From Rhodosorus marinus CCMP1338 (taxonomy: Eukaryota > Plantae > Rhodophyta): a stretch of DNA of 64,000 nt. Below the pieces are notes generated by a model. That model made no database searches. It was not told the origin of the DNA and saw only the letters and a program-made list of their open reading frames with translations. Positions 45,250-58,999 of this stretch are shown here, one piece after another; position 1 is the stretch's first letter, and every line of letters begins with the position of its first letter. The position numbers and the translations under genes are program-made. Location of the stretch: contig JAMWBK010000010.1 in assembly GCA_029953675.1 (NCBI GenBank), positions 496,001-560,000 on the forward strand, given 5' to 3'.

Positions 45250-47330
45250 TCATTCAGTCATAACTACACGTAGACAAGGACAAGCGAAATCCAGAGCCCC
45301 AAGAGCGTCGTAAACTATCGTCTGATCGCCCATACGACGAACGAGGGACCAATCGGAACAATAAGCCGCAGCGAGGTCGCTTGGCGGTGCAAAGGCGTTG
45401 TGAGCGAACCTCGGATATTTTCTGCACAACCAGGATGAAACCTTGTACACTGGTGAGTGACAACATAGCACTCGAGCATCCTCAAACTTAATGTGTCCTA
45501 GCTTAGAGCTTTCTGGGGTCAAGGCAAACCGATGGAACGTATTAGGATGGGTGCATGGCAACCGCACGGCGGAGTTTGGAAAATTGGGAGCTGGAACATT
45601 GCGAACAGGCGATGGCTATCGAGAAACCCGACGACGAGTTCATCCCATAGCGAGAGAATGGTACGAATGCACGGGAACATTTACCCAGGAATTCTTGCGA
45701 GATCGCTACAAGGATTGCTTGCATAGGACCAACGATCTGAGTACGCGCCAGCTCAGTTAAACACGGCCCTTTGGTAAGGGAAAGCAGAGTTTGCGATAGG
45801 AACTGCGCGCGGATCGACTGGACAATCCGCCGGTCTCTGATTTCCCTGTTTTCGAACGCAAGTTCTTCCCGTAAAATAGTGATGGAAACAGTATTACTCT
45901 TCGGTAGGCAGCTGCCAAGTAAGGGTTACGGTTACTCCGAAAAGTATGAACTTTGGGGCTCATTTCGACAAGGAATCCCTTCAACCTAGGGTTCTATCCA
46001 TGCCCGATATACCAGCTTCTTCCCTCCCTAATGCACAACCACTCTTGAGCCCGGCGCTTTAACCCAACTGGTGTTCGTGAAGATATATTCAAGAGTAGAA
46101 AACCCTAGCTTTTTCTTGCAGCATGAAGAAGGAGATGGAACTAGGTTGAAAATGGGTCTATGATAGCTCAGGCAGCTCGTGACTCGGCCTTGACTGTTGG
46201 TTGATCGCCTTCCAGGCGGGAGGGGCGCGAGAGACTTCAAGAGTGGAATCGAATCACTTTGAAGGTTTGGGAAACCTTTTCACGATGAAGGATAGGAGCG
46301 CGCATGGAGAATGTTTTATTGGGCTATGTCCGCTGCTCCCGAATGCGGCAGTTCTGGAGTCTAGTCTGAATTCTAGGTGGAGGCTTGAAAGCATCAGGAG
46401 GAAAAGATTCTCGACGGTAATTGGAGTTACCCCTCGAGCCTTTCCGCGAGCTTTTTGGACGGCCTGCGTGCCGTCCTACTGCCCGGCAACCGGGGACGCT
46501 TGGATCCTTGGCCGTGCGCGAAAGCTTCTATCCAACCTCGCGGAAGTAGCGATCGCAACGGTAATGGCAGATTTTCCTGTCTTTTTAGGCTTGTTCTTGA
46601 CCCTGTGTACCGCGTTACCATTAGTAGTAGCCTTCCTAAGGTCTCGGTAGTCAGAACAAGTTACTGCCCCACTGGACGGCTGCCCACTTGAGGCCTCCGT
46701 CGTCTGCTTACACTAGTGTTGGTGCAGTGAATGAAAGAGGAGGAAACGGGTACCTGCAGCCGCAGTTTCTGGCAAAGTAAAAAGAAAAAGAAAGATACGT
46801 TTTGTAACCTCAGCAAGGCTAAGCATAGAAGTCGCGGGATACCTTGTGCCCACAACCAGAGCACGGGCCACAAGAGTAGACCCATCAATTGATGCAAAGG
46901 TTCTCGAGAGAAAGTGCTAAGAGATTAACCCATCTTGTCCTGCCTCCGCAACAATTTTCGGTGGTCGTCGTCTAGTGCTCTCTTTTCCTAGGTGCACTGT
47001 TCTCACCCGAAGCTGGTCGTCTGGCATTTGTTTGGAGGGAGGACATGGGTCAAATTGTTCAAAGGATTCCAGGAATTTTGTGGGTCAATCCCCACACTTG
47101 AAAATCAAAAGGCGCGCAAACTGAGACTAGCAGAACCAGCCTCCTTGAATAGCCCTGTGAACATCACCGGAATCAACGGGGTTAGGACTACAGCACTTCA
47201 TGGTGCCATGGTCTATCAATGAGAACTCCCTTTTCATTTGCTTTTCAGCTACTATCCCACGAAAGTAGATGGAGAGACTGAAGTACTGAATCTCTGTTTT
47301 CTACTGACAGCAATGAAGATGAAGGTATCG
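45250..47330 (-). CDS. Probable multi-exon hypothetical protein; boundaries uncertain
   Basis: Protein-like minus-strand segments with splice-like ends: ...RPSKKLAERLE|, ITILREELAFENREIRDRRIVQSIRAQF, IRTILSLWDELVVGFLDSHRLF and YKVSSWLCRKYPRF...VVMTE*. Confidence 0.4.
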
Positions 47331-47399
47331 GAACATGTCTGAGAGCGCTCCTGTAGCTAGTCCTTGTCCCGACCCAAAGGGAGAAAGCATTAAGTCCCA

Positions 47400-48200
47400 A
47401 TCCACTCGCACCCGCCAAGTCATAAATTCAACCCGTCGTATCCTAAAAAGATCATAAATGTCATAAATATGACATACTATTATGTATTTCGGTACAAATT
47501 GTTACATTCTAGGATTTGGCTATGACCATTTTCTCCTAGTAAAAATATAGAGATAGAGAAAAGAGTTGAACTCATTCCGAACAAAACTAGGTGAAAACTT
47601 CCTTAATTCAATACCTGTCCCAATGATATTGATTGACAGTATCCCGACAGTTTCGCTCTGGTTTTAAATCCGATAGGGTACGAAGGTACGCATCAACGAA
47701 TAAAAACAACTCTAAAACAAAACAAAAAACGAAAATAATGTTTTGCTATAAAATATCCACCCCTAACCTATACAAATATCCAAAAAAAGAATAGCAAACA
47801 TTGTAAACTATTTCGAATATACAAATAATATGTATTGTATTGTAAATTATTCCACCCAATATCCAAAAAATACTTGGATTCAAGGACGATTTATCAGGTA
47901 TTTAAATATTTTAGGAAGTGGGTTTATTATTTATTTATTCAATAACAAAATAAATGAAATTATGTATATTTTGGATCACTTTCTTTTCAATGTAGTTGTG
48001 ATTTGCTTAGTACGACAGATTTTTTTTCTTTTTTAAAAAAAACAAATGACGGAATTTGGCAATTGGCCTGGTTTTGTCCCTTCTGGGGGAGGAGAAGTAA
48101 CTAAGTTCATTTGGGAATATGTAGTGAGGAAGGAGGCATCGAAGTTGGGTCTAGGGGTTAGAGGAGGGTGAAGGTTAGAGTATGGGTTTCTGTTTGAAGG
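47400..48200. promoter_or_regulatory. AT-rich divergent intergenic region, likely a bidirectional promoter
   Basis: Strongly AT-rich core with an A/C-rich left part and a G/T-rich right part, between the minus-strand gene and the HEATR5-like start. Confidence 0.4.
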
Positions 48201-48327
48201 GAAGGAGGAGTGAATCACTGTGAAATGAACTTAGGAACATGATATTTTACTGTATATATAGTCATCGGGTAGTTTGAAAGTTTGGATTTTTGGGTGGGTA
48301 GTTTTTGGACAGGGTGGTGTATTTCTG

Positions 48328-51300
48328 ATGGAGTCTGGTGTTGAGTTTGATGCCTCCAGATCGATTCCCCTGACAATCTCTGCGCTAAATAGGTCTTTGG
48401 AGAATCCACCTCCAGCGTATCTCGGGGTTTTTCGTCTTTTTCCGGCAACCGGTGATGCGTACTTGCGGGACATAGAATCTGACACCGAATGGAACGACCT
48501 CTTGGTTTCAGGTCTTTCCTGTGTGCTGCGCGTGGGCTCTGCGAAAGGACCTATCAGGCGACGGAGTCTGGAATTTCTGCGCATAATCGTAGATAATGCT
48601 GATTCTGAAACTGCAACCAGTCTCTGTAAAGATCTCAATGCTCTGCTGTTCGACAGGCGGGCGCCCTCGCTGGGGGTCACAGATCGTTTCATCGTGGTCA
48701 GCATTTTGTCAGTTATGATAAGAAAGTGCCAACGGCTGGAATTTTCAAGCTGGGTCCTGGCTATGATGGATAAGAAAAAGGTGCCCGAAAACCTCAACTT
48801 AAGACTTCGCATCCTACAGGATTGTAAAATCCTTTCCAACTGAACTGAGCGTAGTCGGACTGTTTCACCTCCTGCTTAGCCTGAGAACCAAATTGATCGA
48901 ACCTACGCGGTTGCCGGGGCCGCGGTATTGACGAGAACCTGCAACGTTGCCACCGATCAGGTCATCGACAAGACCCTCTCTACAATCGATTCTTTGCACT
49001 CGCGCTATTCTTCCACTGCAGTCTACCTTGCAAGCTGCCTGGCGACCTCTTGCGAACTCAGCCCTAGAAGCAAGGAAGAGCTGTCTGCAATCTGTATCAA
49101 AGCTATTAATGGAGCGGAGGAAGTGCAAACCATCAAGTTATGGGTGACGGTCCTGGTTCGTCTGGAAAATTTCTCTGCAGTCGCCCCCTCGCTTGTGTCG
49201 CGTCCATCCGTCGTCGTGAGCTCGGGGAAAAAGAAGAAGACCAAATCGAAAATGGAACGAGTAGGTCCAACTCTGGAAGATCTAGGGCGAGTCCTGCTTC
49301 GTGTTCTTCAACTCAAGCGTTGCTGTACTTGTTGTCTTCATTTCATTTTGTTTCTGAAGCCGCCACCAAGTTCGTTGGACCCCTTCCGAACATTTTGGAA
49401 GCAGGTTCCCTTCTCAAGCTCCCCATCCGCCGCGTTCTGGTTCGGCGTGTACTACCTCGAACAGATGCTCAGTCACCAGGAAGATCTTGACTTGGCTGTT
49501 ATAACTTTATTAGCTGAAGAGCTAGAAAACCAGCGCTCAACGCTCTCAAACCTGTCGGATATCATCGTGACTGCCATAAAACGCATTGAATTGGATGGCA
49601 TGTTGTACCGCACAGCGCTGAACCTAGGTAGCCTTTGTGCAGAGAAGGACGAAAGCCCAGCAGCCAAAGCAATCGCAATGTCTGTTCTTACCAAAATCAT
49701 CGAAGAGCTCGGGTAAGCAAGAGCTGAAAAACATCGTTTGCTCTCGCAATGAAAGTGGCGCGATCCCTCCTTTGCTTAACTGGAAAACCTTCGAACGGAT
49801 TGCATTACATGCGTTCAGTGTGGACACATTCAGTATCAATTTCTTGGACGCAAAGGTGAGAGCACCAGCGGTGATGAGCTTGCATTCCTCAGACACAAAC
49901 GAGCGTTTGAGTGCAGCGCGACTGCTTTCCGGAGTACTTTCTGCCCACAGATGGAGAAAGAACGGGTTTCTGCATCATCTGGTGGATGAACTCCGATCCG
50001 AGATTTTTCGAGGACCCCAGTAGGCTGAAGCAGACATACACGTTGCCGCTGACAATGATTTAAGACCATCTGTCCTTGAAAAGCGCTAACAAGTGTTCGT
50101 TTCCTTACGCAGAATGAACCTGGTGTCCGCACTCGGAAGATGTGTCGCTCTTTGCTTTGCGCTGGACGAGATAGTCGCCGAGGATATCCCGACCGAAGCG
50201 ATCGATGGTTTGTGCGAGTGTTCACTCGCGTGTCTCACCAATGAATGGAGAAGAGTTGGATCAAAAGCCATTTCGAATCTCGCTCTGCGTAGATCAGGAT
50301 GGGCGCTGGTGGGAGTGCTAGGCAGGCTCCATCCAGATAAAATATTCTCTGCTAACCACCTGGACGTGCTTATTCCATTATGGAGAGAGGATCTTGCTTA
50401 CGTCGTAGAGGAGTCGAGCGCGGAGAAGAAGGTTGATGTAGCTAACGCTATTTGTAAGCGTGAGTGTACAAATTGGCTCAGTACCTTTTTCGTTTTGCTT
50501 ATCGCTTATGTCTTTCCTATGCTGGTCTGTCTTAGCCAACGCGAGCCTGAGGACAGCCAGCCTATTCGCACTTGAGGAATTGCTGAAGAAGGCTGAGAGG
50601 GAGGACTGGTTAGTATCTTTTGCGGGTACAATCCTGGGCGGTGAAGCGGCCAGAATGATCTCATCGGCATCGGAAAGTTTGTTCTGGAGGACGAGCTCGA
50701 TGGAAGTGTTGCACCTGCTGAGATGTATTCAGCTTGGGGAATTTAATGGACCATCTTTCCAGACATGCTATCAGGTGGCGTTTCTAGTCGTAAGGGAAGC
50801 ATCGTACACCCCTCGCATTCGAAGCCGGATGATCATCTCCACTGTGAGCGCTATGGGTATGCCCTGTTCCTTTCTGGAGCCTTCTTGCGACTCTCTCTGC
50901 TGCAGGTTTCGAGGATGAAACTTGTTTTGTTTACATCTCGTTCCATTTGTTGGCTGTTCAGGCGAGATGCTGCCGTTGATGCTGTGGACACCTCGCTCTG
51001 TTTTCATCCGAAGCGGGTTTGGGGCGATGAAGGACGACCTTGGACTATACTTCGCCCCACATTTGGCTGGCGTTACTCCCGGAGAACTCCTTGGTGAAGC
51101 CGCTGAAGCTATGGGAGCGTTACTGTCGAGGGATATGAATGCTGCGCACTCTTTCCTGTTGTCCTTGGCAGAAGCACCATCCCTCAGCCCTATTGTTGAT
51201 GCCGGCTTGTCCCTCTCGATTGTGCGCAGACTCGATACGAAAGATCTCTCTAGGGTTGCGAACGCTGGTCGTGTCTTTGCGTCTGTTCAGGTCCTGCTTC

Positions 51301-54300
51301 GAAGAGCTCTTAACGCGCTCCATAAGGTTTCCACGTCTTCACGAAAGAGAATGGTCAAGTTTGAATCTGCTCTACAGTCGTGGAGGGCTTGGACAGCTGC
51401 GGATGAGATCGGCACAGATGCATCCACAACCATCGCCCTAGCCTATCAAGCCCTAGCGGAGAAAGGCGGAGATGCTTTGGTCTCTGGGCTCGTCCATAGA
51501 GCTGAAAAGATCATTGCCGAAGGCGCCATTGCCGCGAACGCAATGCTCGCCAGGGCCTTGTTTGGAATCATTGGGACTCTTTTCAATTCGCTTTTCGAGG
51601 AGAAAAGCATCGACTTGGGGTACAAGGTGGGTCAACGATAGGTCGACTTGATGCTCTGGACCCTGCTGAATTGTGGAGGCTGGATGATCTGAATGAGCCC
51701 AAATCTTTTCGTCATCTGTTTGATTTTGTTTTGGGTATTCTGCTGAACTCTGGTACCATTACTAGATTGTTAATCTGGTGGAGACTGGGCTGAACAGCAG
51801 CGTCGGAGAACTTCGTTTCGCAGCCGCAGAGGCGATTAATCACAGCTCGAGGCCGATCGCAGAGTCAGCAGAGAGTCTGCTTACTTTCCTAGTGTATTCG
51901 ATGGCGCAAGGTAGCACAGAAAGCGACCCTCACGTGTATCTTGACATGAGCAACGGAGTAAACCTTTCCGTAGAGGGCTCTCCCCAGGCTGTAACTGTTG
52001 CTGCTTTCGGAACAAGAGCGGTGCTTAGCGCTTGCAAGGTATTCTACGGACCTGAATGCGGAGTCGGGAAGATGCTGAAGCTGCTCAACTGAACGCAAAC
52101 GTGGGTTTCTTGCCTTCTTTTTTAATTCGATCAGGAGAACCGGCTGGTTCTTGACGAGTCCATTAAAAGTACCGCCTCCGAGATCATTTGCGAGGTCCTG
52201 CAGTGGAAGAGCGACGTTGCATTTGAGGCTCGATCTGCTGGTCTCAAGTCTCTGGAATTGCTCTGGGAGGCGATTGTCGAGCAGGAGGCTGTAAGGGACG
52301 ATGGATCAGAGCTCCTGGCGCTCAAGAGGTTTTTTCCTTCGGACCTTCCGCAGGAACTGGCTCTCACGGCTATCGTGGAGACGATACTTTCTCGTACAGA
52401 GCACGATTCTGAGTCTAGGGACGCAGCCGCCGGCGCTTTGTTGAATTTGATCATAGGAGCGGGTTCCGACGCGGTTGTTTTGCTTCGCAAGGACATTAAG
52501 AGTGTGCTGTTCAAGGCCATGAGTACCGGATGTGAACGGGCGTACCCGTGCCTGAAAGCAATGGCATCGGATCTAAATCCCGACAGGTGAGTCCTTTGCC
52601 GCTCCTCCTGAAGCTCGGTTTGAAGATGGTCTTTGTTTTTGTGTAGTAACCCTCTCGGCACTGGGACTTGCGTGGAATAGGATAAGCGACTGGATCAGTG
52701 TTTGCGAGCACATATTTTCGAACTCAGTTTTGGACGTGTCTCGGTTCTCCGATGAAGTAAACTCGTCTGAAGACAGTGACGTGGACGAAGAGCTGGAGGG
52801 CGTCAGTTTCCCTGGACACGGTGACAGCGAGCTGGACAGCATTCATTCTGGGATAGTCGGATGGAGACCTCGCTGCGCCGCAATTGGTCTTCTGCAAATA
52901 ATTGCAGACGTCTCTCGAGAACGTGAAGAATGTAGAAAACAACTAATCCCCGGGATTGGTGTACTGTATAACATAGCGAAGCAGTCGATTCTCGACACTG
53001 GTATCAATACGTACATGACTCTGAGCGGCGTCGCTCTCGCAAAGTCGTTGGTAAGCGTCTAACAGGCTTCCAAACAAGAAAAAGCAGCTGAGTTCATTTG
53101 ATTCGACCCTTTGCTCCATCCAGGCCTCGTTCGTTGTAAAGAGCGGAGACCTCGTCGACAAAAAGGACACTTGGGAGTTGATTCAGAACCTCATGGAGAT
53201 TCTACGGAGCAAACTGGGTACAGACTGGAGCCCGGAGTCCAACTGTGCTGTGTTTTCCGTAATGTGCAGCATCCAACAGCTGTCAATAGAGAATCCGGAC
53301 GTGTTTCAACGCAGGAAGTTCAAGCGCTTTGATCCTCTGGACCTGAAGAAGCACCTCAAAATCTTGGTGTCGGTGAGTGAACTTCCCCTGCGCAGCTCTG
53401 GAACCCACGGAAGACAAACTGTCTAATCCAACTCCCGTCGTTGTCTTCGCGGCCCGCTAGGAGGATTGGTCCGAGATTGTTCAGTGCAGAACCGCACTTA
53501 GCCTAGCGTCCTCCTCCGCCAGCCTTGTCTGTTCTCTCCTGCTGCAGGACCAAGAGAACCTGACAGCCTACTGGAAGCCACGAGTAGCTCATCTAGACGA
53601 CTGCCAGGAGGTGTTCCTTGCCATCAGTGCCGACACGAGTGCGATGCTGTGCGACGGAGCTGAGTACCTCTCCTCAGAGGGCGGATCCGTGACCAAACCC
53701 GGTGCACCGATCGCCTTGTTAGAAACTGAATTCAAGGCCAACGTCGCTGACTTGATCTTCGCATCCGTTTTACTCCAAGGGAGACAACGAGGTAGTTTAA
53801 AAGAGGACTGATCTAGTCATCTTGTTGAGCTCTAACAAGATCAATCGGTTCCTTTGTTCACAGAAATCAAGTCCGTCCTGCCGAACTTGGACCCGGACTC
53901 TGGTCATCCGTTTTGGGTCAACATGTGTTCGCCTGGTGTTAACCTAGTCTTCTCCAACGAACGAGAGGACAAGGACGTTGAGGGACTGTTGCTGTCGCTT
54001 GTTGGATGGTGGCTAACATCGTGTCAAGAATCTGAGCCCCTTAGTGATGAGAAAAAATCAAAGATCGGTCTCTGCTCGAAGGCTCTCCAGAAGATTCTAA
54101 CAGAGTGGGATGGTGCGTGGAGCGGCCATTTTGAACCTTGGTACGTGAATTCGCTGTTGACATCGTCCACGATCTAAAAAGTTCCTTGCTGCGTATTCAA
54201 TTGTATAGAACCGGACTGGGAGGTTGGAGCTGAGGCCTTGAAGAATTTGGGAAAGCTGAGCGTGAGCGACGGAATGGAGATATGCTGGGAATTGATTGAA

Positions 54301-55438
54301 AGCAAAAGATTGAAATGGTTGCATGAGGAGTGCTTAGCGATTTGTGCAAAAGTGCTGCTGGTAGTACCTGCGAATGGGGACCAAAGGGAGCCATTAATGC
54401 GACGTGCTTTGGAAGTAGCGTTTCGATTGCCGGATGTGAAGAAACCGGTCCACAAACCTGATGACGAGCAAGGGCAGGCCACAGAGGACTATATCTTAAC
54501 GCCGATTGCTGCCTTCGACGTGAACGATATGGTTCTTGAGCTGATGAAGAAATCTGCGGAAGTCACGGTAAACTCGCGCTTGGGTTCTGTGGGTCTCAAG
54601 TCGCTTGTAGAGACCGTACGCTTGCAATCTCAAAGGAGATTTCGATTCGTTCCTTCCGCACTGATTTGTATCTGAATGTAACTCTATTACCCGCTGTTCA
54701 TGAGACAGATGTGTGAAATTGCTATGGAGAGGCTAGGTGAAGTCTCCCAAACAAATCTGGAACTCTTGATAACCAGCACGTGCATTGCGGCGGACACCGG
54801 TTTCAGGAAAGGGATGGAGGCAGGATTCGCTTGTGCTGAGCCAGTCTGGAACATGATCAGCAATGCCATTACAACTGGCAGTGTGGAGACCTGCGATACT
54901 CTGCTTCAAAGCAAAGCATTCAACGGCCTTCTTCTGAGAGTTCCCGGTCGGTCGAGCCGTACGCCAAAGACGGTAATTGATCACAACCCCATTCTCTTGA
55001 AAACAGCTAGCGGGTTTATTCTGATCGTGATTCCTTTGCTGATTTTCATCGTTTTCGTAAATGATCCTTACACACGATTTCAAACAGATGTCGGATATGT
55101 TAACCATCATAGCTTCATTCGTCACCGCCGGCAGCGCCCTCTTCACCCCGGCAGCGGATGTGCTTCTATCCGCTTACCGCCAGGGTGTAGAAAAGCGTAT
55201 CGACGCCGGGGAGGAAGACGTAGATGCGGAGACAGAGGAGCGAGTAGTACCAGAGTTCTTTACTGTCTTCATCTCGAACCTGCTCCGGGAGTACCGAGAT
55301 GGAGGAGACGAAGGGAACAAAGCCTTGCACATACTCCGACAGATCTCGGCGGATGATATTGAGATCTTTGGTGGAGACCTCAGGGAAGACGAGCGGGAGT
55401 TGATTTCAGACCCAACAAAGCCTTCCTTCCTGACTTAA
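48328..55438 (+). CDS. Large HEAT/ARM-repeat protein, HEATR5/Laa1/SWEETIE-like, many short introns
   Basis: About 7 kb of same-strand Leu-rich helical exons. Segments resemble HEATR5 as recalled: GWRPRCAAIGLLQII, LIPGIGVLYNIAKQSILD..LSGVALAKSLV, DWSPESNCAVFSVMCS and SLRTASLFALEELL. Confidence 0.6.
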
Positions 55439-55586
55439 TTGTAATAAAGATGTACATAGTTACAAAATCAAAAAAAACACATTTGTGCTACGCAGTCGGA
55501 CACACTCTTGTGCGTCCTGGCTGGATGCACCCAGAAGTGAATTCGACCTTTCTCAAGGTCCCTTAAATACGCCTGATCGCATCGCA

Positions 55587-57350
55587 TCAATTGCAACGTT
55601 TCCGGTCTTTTCCATCCGCAAACTCTTCAAACGCTCGCGTTGGCCTGCTCGAGTCTTCTTCGTCCGTGGGAAGCCGAGTCCAACGGGTATAGACCATTGG
55701 TGCTCTGCCCTGCTTCCTTTTTGTGGCCACAACGGGATCATGGTCAGCTAAGACCAACTCCGAGACCATATTTTGCAGTTCTTTCAGCTCTGCGTAGGCT
55801 CTGCTATCCATCGCAGGGTTCGAGAGCACTGAGCCAGAAGTAGCCACGTCGTATAACATGACTCGGCTGCCATCCTCTACAACAGAGCCGCGATTTAGGC
55901 AGACCTGCAGCAACTTGAGCGCTGTGGAGAATTCGATATCATCTTTCGAACCGACAAGAATCAAAAGAGCTCGTCTGTCAACAGAAAACTCTCCTCTCAC
56001 ATGCCCTCTAAGAGAAGAGAAGTGCCAGCCATACCTTGAAGAGCACCTAGTTGGTCAGAGCTGTTCACTTCGATCACCTTCATACCGTTCATCTCAATAC
56101 CAAAAACTCTGGAAGGAAACAAAACCAAAGCCAGGCGTGAGAACGCTGAGCTGATTCTGACGTCGCTGGAGTATTGGTTCTCGTGCATCGGAACCAATGG
56201 CAGTGATGAAGAACACCATCACTGCCTGGTGCAGCGTCTTTGGAAGCGCTTTGTCGGAAACGCAAAACCGTCCCGACGATTCTCAGACGTGGGCTATGGG
56301 AGCAATGTCCACGCTTCTCACGCTGATCTCAGTTCGGAATAGATTGAAGATGGGCTTAACCTACTGTTGGCCTTCATCAAGATTAATCATCGCACGCAAT
56401 AGCTTTCTGCGGGAATCCGCAACAATGGATCCTGCCGGTCAAAATCGATGTAAATCAGAACGATCTGTTTCTGTGGGAAGAGTGAGTAGGTTTCCTTTTA
56501 CCTCTCATCAAATCGTGTACAAGCAAGAGCATCCGACAATCCACAGCGGACAAGCCTCTTGCAGCTACGAGATGTCTGTCCTCGAAGACAATGATCGCTG
56601 CGAGACGGAAAAGTAAAACTTACGTTGGTCAGCAATTCACCGAGTAATCGGAGCAACGGTAGGTAGAGCCTTTACCAGGCTTAAGGTCGAAAGACGTGAG
56701 CAGATCTCGAGCTCGGACGACTGCCTCAGATTCTTTATCAGCGACAACAAGGCTTTGCAATAGGCGCGGAGCGTCGTCTTCAGTGCCAAAAAGCTGTCGA
56801 AGGGATTCGCATATGTCTGTCCTGACGGTGCTGTCCTTGAAATTCCTCGTGCTTAAGCTAGCGTAGTAGTCGATGACCAAGGGCGTCAAGTCCTGTTCAT
56901 CAGCGCTGTCGCCGGGGTGGGAGTTCTCGTTTGGGACTTTACAGATGCCAAAGAACGAGTCTGAAACAGAGCAAGTTTTTCGAAGGCAAAAATAAGCGAT
57001 ATTGTCCAGGATGCTCTTCTTCGCCATCCATGTGGACGTGCTATTGTCATACCGGAGTCATGCTCCTCGAGAAAGACTTGATATCCCTCCGAGGATAGAA
57101 AGGACCGACATTTTATGGATGGATCTCCCATAAGCGCCTTTCCAAGGCTCAAGACTGTTTTTGATTCCTCCAACACCCGATGGACACTGTCTCGCGAGCA
57201 AAAGTCAGACGCGCTGGTAATGACGCTCCCGTAGAACCACTCAACATCGAACCTGCTCGTCGCGGTCATCTCCGAGGGGGTCGATCCCACCCCAAACCAG
57301 GCTTGGAATGAACGATCAGAAAGAAGCGTTTTCACTCCTTCGTCGCGCAT
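55587..57350 (-). CDS. Multi-exon hypothetical protein
   Basis: A chain of minus-strand ORFs (57350-56886, 57027-56629, 56197-55997, 56000-55587) with protein-like composition and a C-rich upstream flank. No recognised domain. Confidence 0.6.
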
Positions 57351-58044
57351 TCGGGGTCCCCGTTTTCTCTTCAGACCCCAGTCACCTCCTCACCGGAACC
57401 AAACTGACGGCCCCATAGTTGCAACACCAAACTTTCAGCATCCTCCACAAAATCCTTTTGCCAATAACCGATTTACAGTTTTCATGCCTCTGCATGTCAG
57501 CTAAGTTCACCAAAACGATTCAAACTGGTCAACAGGATCAGAGAGAACGTCTGTCAAGCAACCTTCAGACTGATCAGATCTACTTCCCGCGCCAATCAAC
57601 GCCACCCATTCCCCCCCCCCCTAATATCTCATACCGAACCATTGAAAAACAAAACAAAAATATTCAGTTTTCTATATCTATCAATTCATTGGTTAAAATA
57701 AAGCCAATAAAAACGACTAAATCTATTATAAGCACGTTAGGAGCTCTTATGATAAGTTATAGTACTTAATTGGACTATTAATGAACTATTAATCCAATAA
57801 AAATAGTTAATAACTTTGTTGTTGTTGTTAAGAACTTCTATAATGTTTTAAGAGTTTTAATTGGATATTAGTGTGTTATGGTGATATTTTTGTGACGATG
57901 ATTGGTGAATTAGGTTTGTTCGAGATGGAGCTACTGGTCCAAAGCGCATCAGAGTCGGTGCGGAATGCGTTTGGGAGGTTGAGCTTGGATTGGGAAGGAC
58001 TTTGAGGAAAGCTTTAAGGGAGATTTGATGGTTAACAAGTGGAA

Positions 58045-58969
58045 ATGAATATTAGTTCAGTATATAGACTGTTTGGAGGACGGTCTGCTCCGTCCAGATA
58101 TGTTTTCAGGAGGTTTGCTGGATCTGGGCAGACGGATTGGAATGAGTTCCAGAAGATCTATTTCAGGACTGAAGAGCAGATGAAGGGGGATGAAGGACTG
58201 CATAATACGCATCCTTACTCAAATCTGGAGTTCCACGTCAGGAAAAAGAGGGATGGCTTGAAACCGGAGAGCAAAGTAGGAGGCAAGGCGAGGTTCGCAC
58301 GGGTGCGTATCAAGTATGACCTCTCAGGATCGGTGGTTCCGTTCAACCTGCTTTGGTTTGATCGTCTGTTCTAGAGGAAACTATGAGCATTCTGTGGGCC
58401 TGTTCTCTATGAACCCCCTACCCATTGTTGACTTATTCCTCTCCAATGTTTTGCAGGTTGTGGACGAGGACGGGTGGGGTTGGGGTCGTGGATCCAGAAA
58501 AACTGCTCGTGCGCACGTCAAAGTGAAGTTCGGAAATGGACAGTTCATTGTTAACCAGTCGAATCTGCAGACCTTCTTCAGCATTATTCACTATCGAGAG
58601 TGGGCGCTGAAGCCACTAGAAGTTATTCAGGGCCTTGGAAAGTTTGACGTTCATGCATACGTCACGGGATCAGGACATTCAGGTAAGGCTTCCCAAAAGC
58701 TAGGGCCGTCATCTTGCGCCCAGTCTGAACGTCCTAGCCTAACGTTTCCGATCGAATGCTTTTCCATCTCAGCGAAAGCTCAGGCAATAATGACTGCCCT
58801 CTCAAGGGCTCTGGTCAGCTATCAACCAGACACACGACCAATCCTTGAATCGTACATAGTTCCTAGTTTTTTTCCTCACAACTTGCTGCAGACAGATCGC
58901 AGACAAAAGGAATCCAGTACTGCAGGAAACGAGGGTGCGCGTATGGCTGAGCAGTGGAAGAAGCGCTAG
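58045..58969 (+). CDS. MRPS9: Mitochondrial ribosomal protein uS9m
   Basis: Presequence-like MNISSVYRLFGGR, GRGSRKTARAHVKVKFGNGQFIVN, FDVHAYVTGSGHSG, AQAIMTALSRAL and LQTDRRQKE...ARMAEQWKKR*. Confidence 0.88.
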
Positions 58970-58999
58970 AATACACCCGACCGTCTACTACCGTTTACT

